A stretch of DNA of 15,833 nt from Promethearchaeota archaeon (GTDB lineage Archaea; Asgardarchaeota; Lokiarchaeia; Sigyniarchaeales; SOKP01): contig JAHPZI010000027.1 of NCBI GenBank assembly GCA_019058295.1, forward strand, positions 1-15,833. Reading direction: 5' to 3'. Of this stretch, positions 15,597 to 15,833 are shown one piece after another. How positions within the stretch are numbered: position 1 is the first letter of the stretch; every line of letters begins with the position of its first letter. The notes beneath the pieces were generated by a model. It saw nothing but the letters and a program-made list of their open reading frames with translations. It was not told the origin of the DNA and did no database searches. The position numbers and the translations under genes are program-made.

Positions 15597-15833
15597 ATGA
15601 ATCTAAATAAAAAATCGAAATATTTTCTAATCATAATAACAGTATTTTTAATTGGAAGCAATTTTATTATTTTGAATAATAGTTCAAATTCTTCTTTCTC
15701 TTCACACGATGAAATAATTAATACCCAAGATAATAAAAAACCTAGAATAAGTGGTAAAATATATGAAATTAATATTACTAGTTCTACAGCTTGTTATCCT
15801 GGTTTAACAGATATCGCTAATGATTTCATGGCA
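15597..15833 (+). CDS. Secreted or membrane-anchored protein, probably a PstS-like substrate-binding protein; 3'-truncated by the window edge
   Basis: Manual translation: MNLNKKSKYFLIIITVFLIGSNFIILNNSSNSS...IYEINITSSTACYPGLTDIANDFMA. Basic plus hydrophobic N-terminus; the tail resembles the PstS-type IxIxGSTTVxP..A..FM start. Confidence 0.6.
   Translation, partial: MNLNKKSKYFLIIITVFLIGSNFIILNNSSNSSFSSHDEIINTQDNKKPRISGKIYEINITSSTACYPGLTDIANDFMA

Noticed and set aside
1-15833. tRNA, rRNA, transposase, integrase or CRISPR features
   Set aside because: None recognised; intergenic gaps are short and very AT-rich, with no GC-rich stems or terminal inverted repeats.

Overview
An AT-rich, gene-dense window that looks like an Asgard archaeon, probably Lokiarchaeia/Promethearchaeota. 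This is inferred from an Arf/Rag-like small GTPase, a longin/uDENN-like domain, archaeal TATA/BRE promoters, oligo-T terminators and orphan 7TM proteins. The left end is a signalling and regulatory block. It holds a response-regulator receiver fused to a uDENN/longin-like domain, converging on a small GTPase that is co-transcribed with an ArsR regulator. A divergent Lrp/AsnC gene follows, with an 8-bp-periodic operator in front of it. The middle and right look like a lipid/ester catabolism cluster. It contains an SCP2-type thiolase, two tandem type-B carboxylesterases sharing a highly conserved ~60-bp upstream element, a QueG/reductive-dehalogenase-like B12/Fe-S protein and an SCP2 domain fused to a membrane domain. 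It also has two 7TM proteins, an AbrB-like domain fused to an acyl-CoA-ligase fold with degenerate catalytic motifs, a sulfatase and a small membrane protein. The right end has a decayed URO-D/MtaA-family fragment and the start of a secreted PstS-like binding protein; the ORF track misses both. The best candidates for undescribed systems are the REC-uDENN/longin plus GTPase pair and the AbrB-acyl-CoA-ligase putative sensor. All family calls come from motif recognition by eye; no searches were run.
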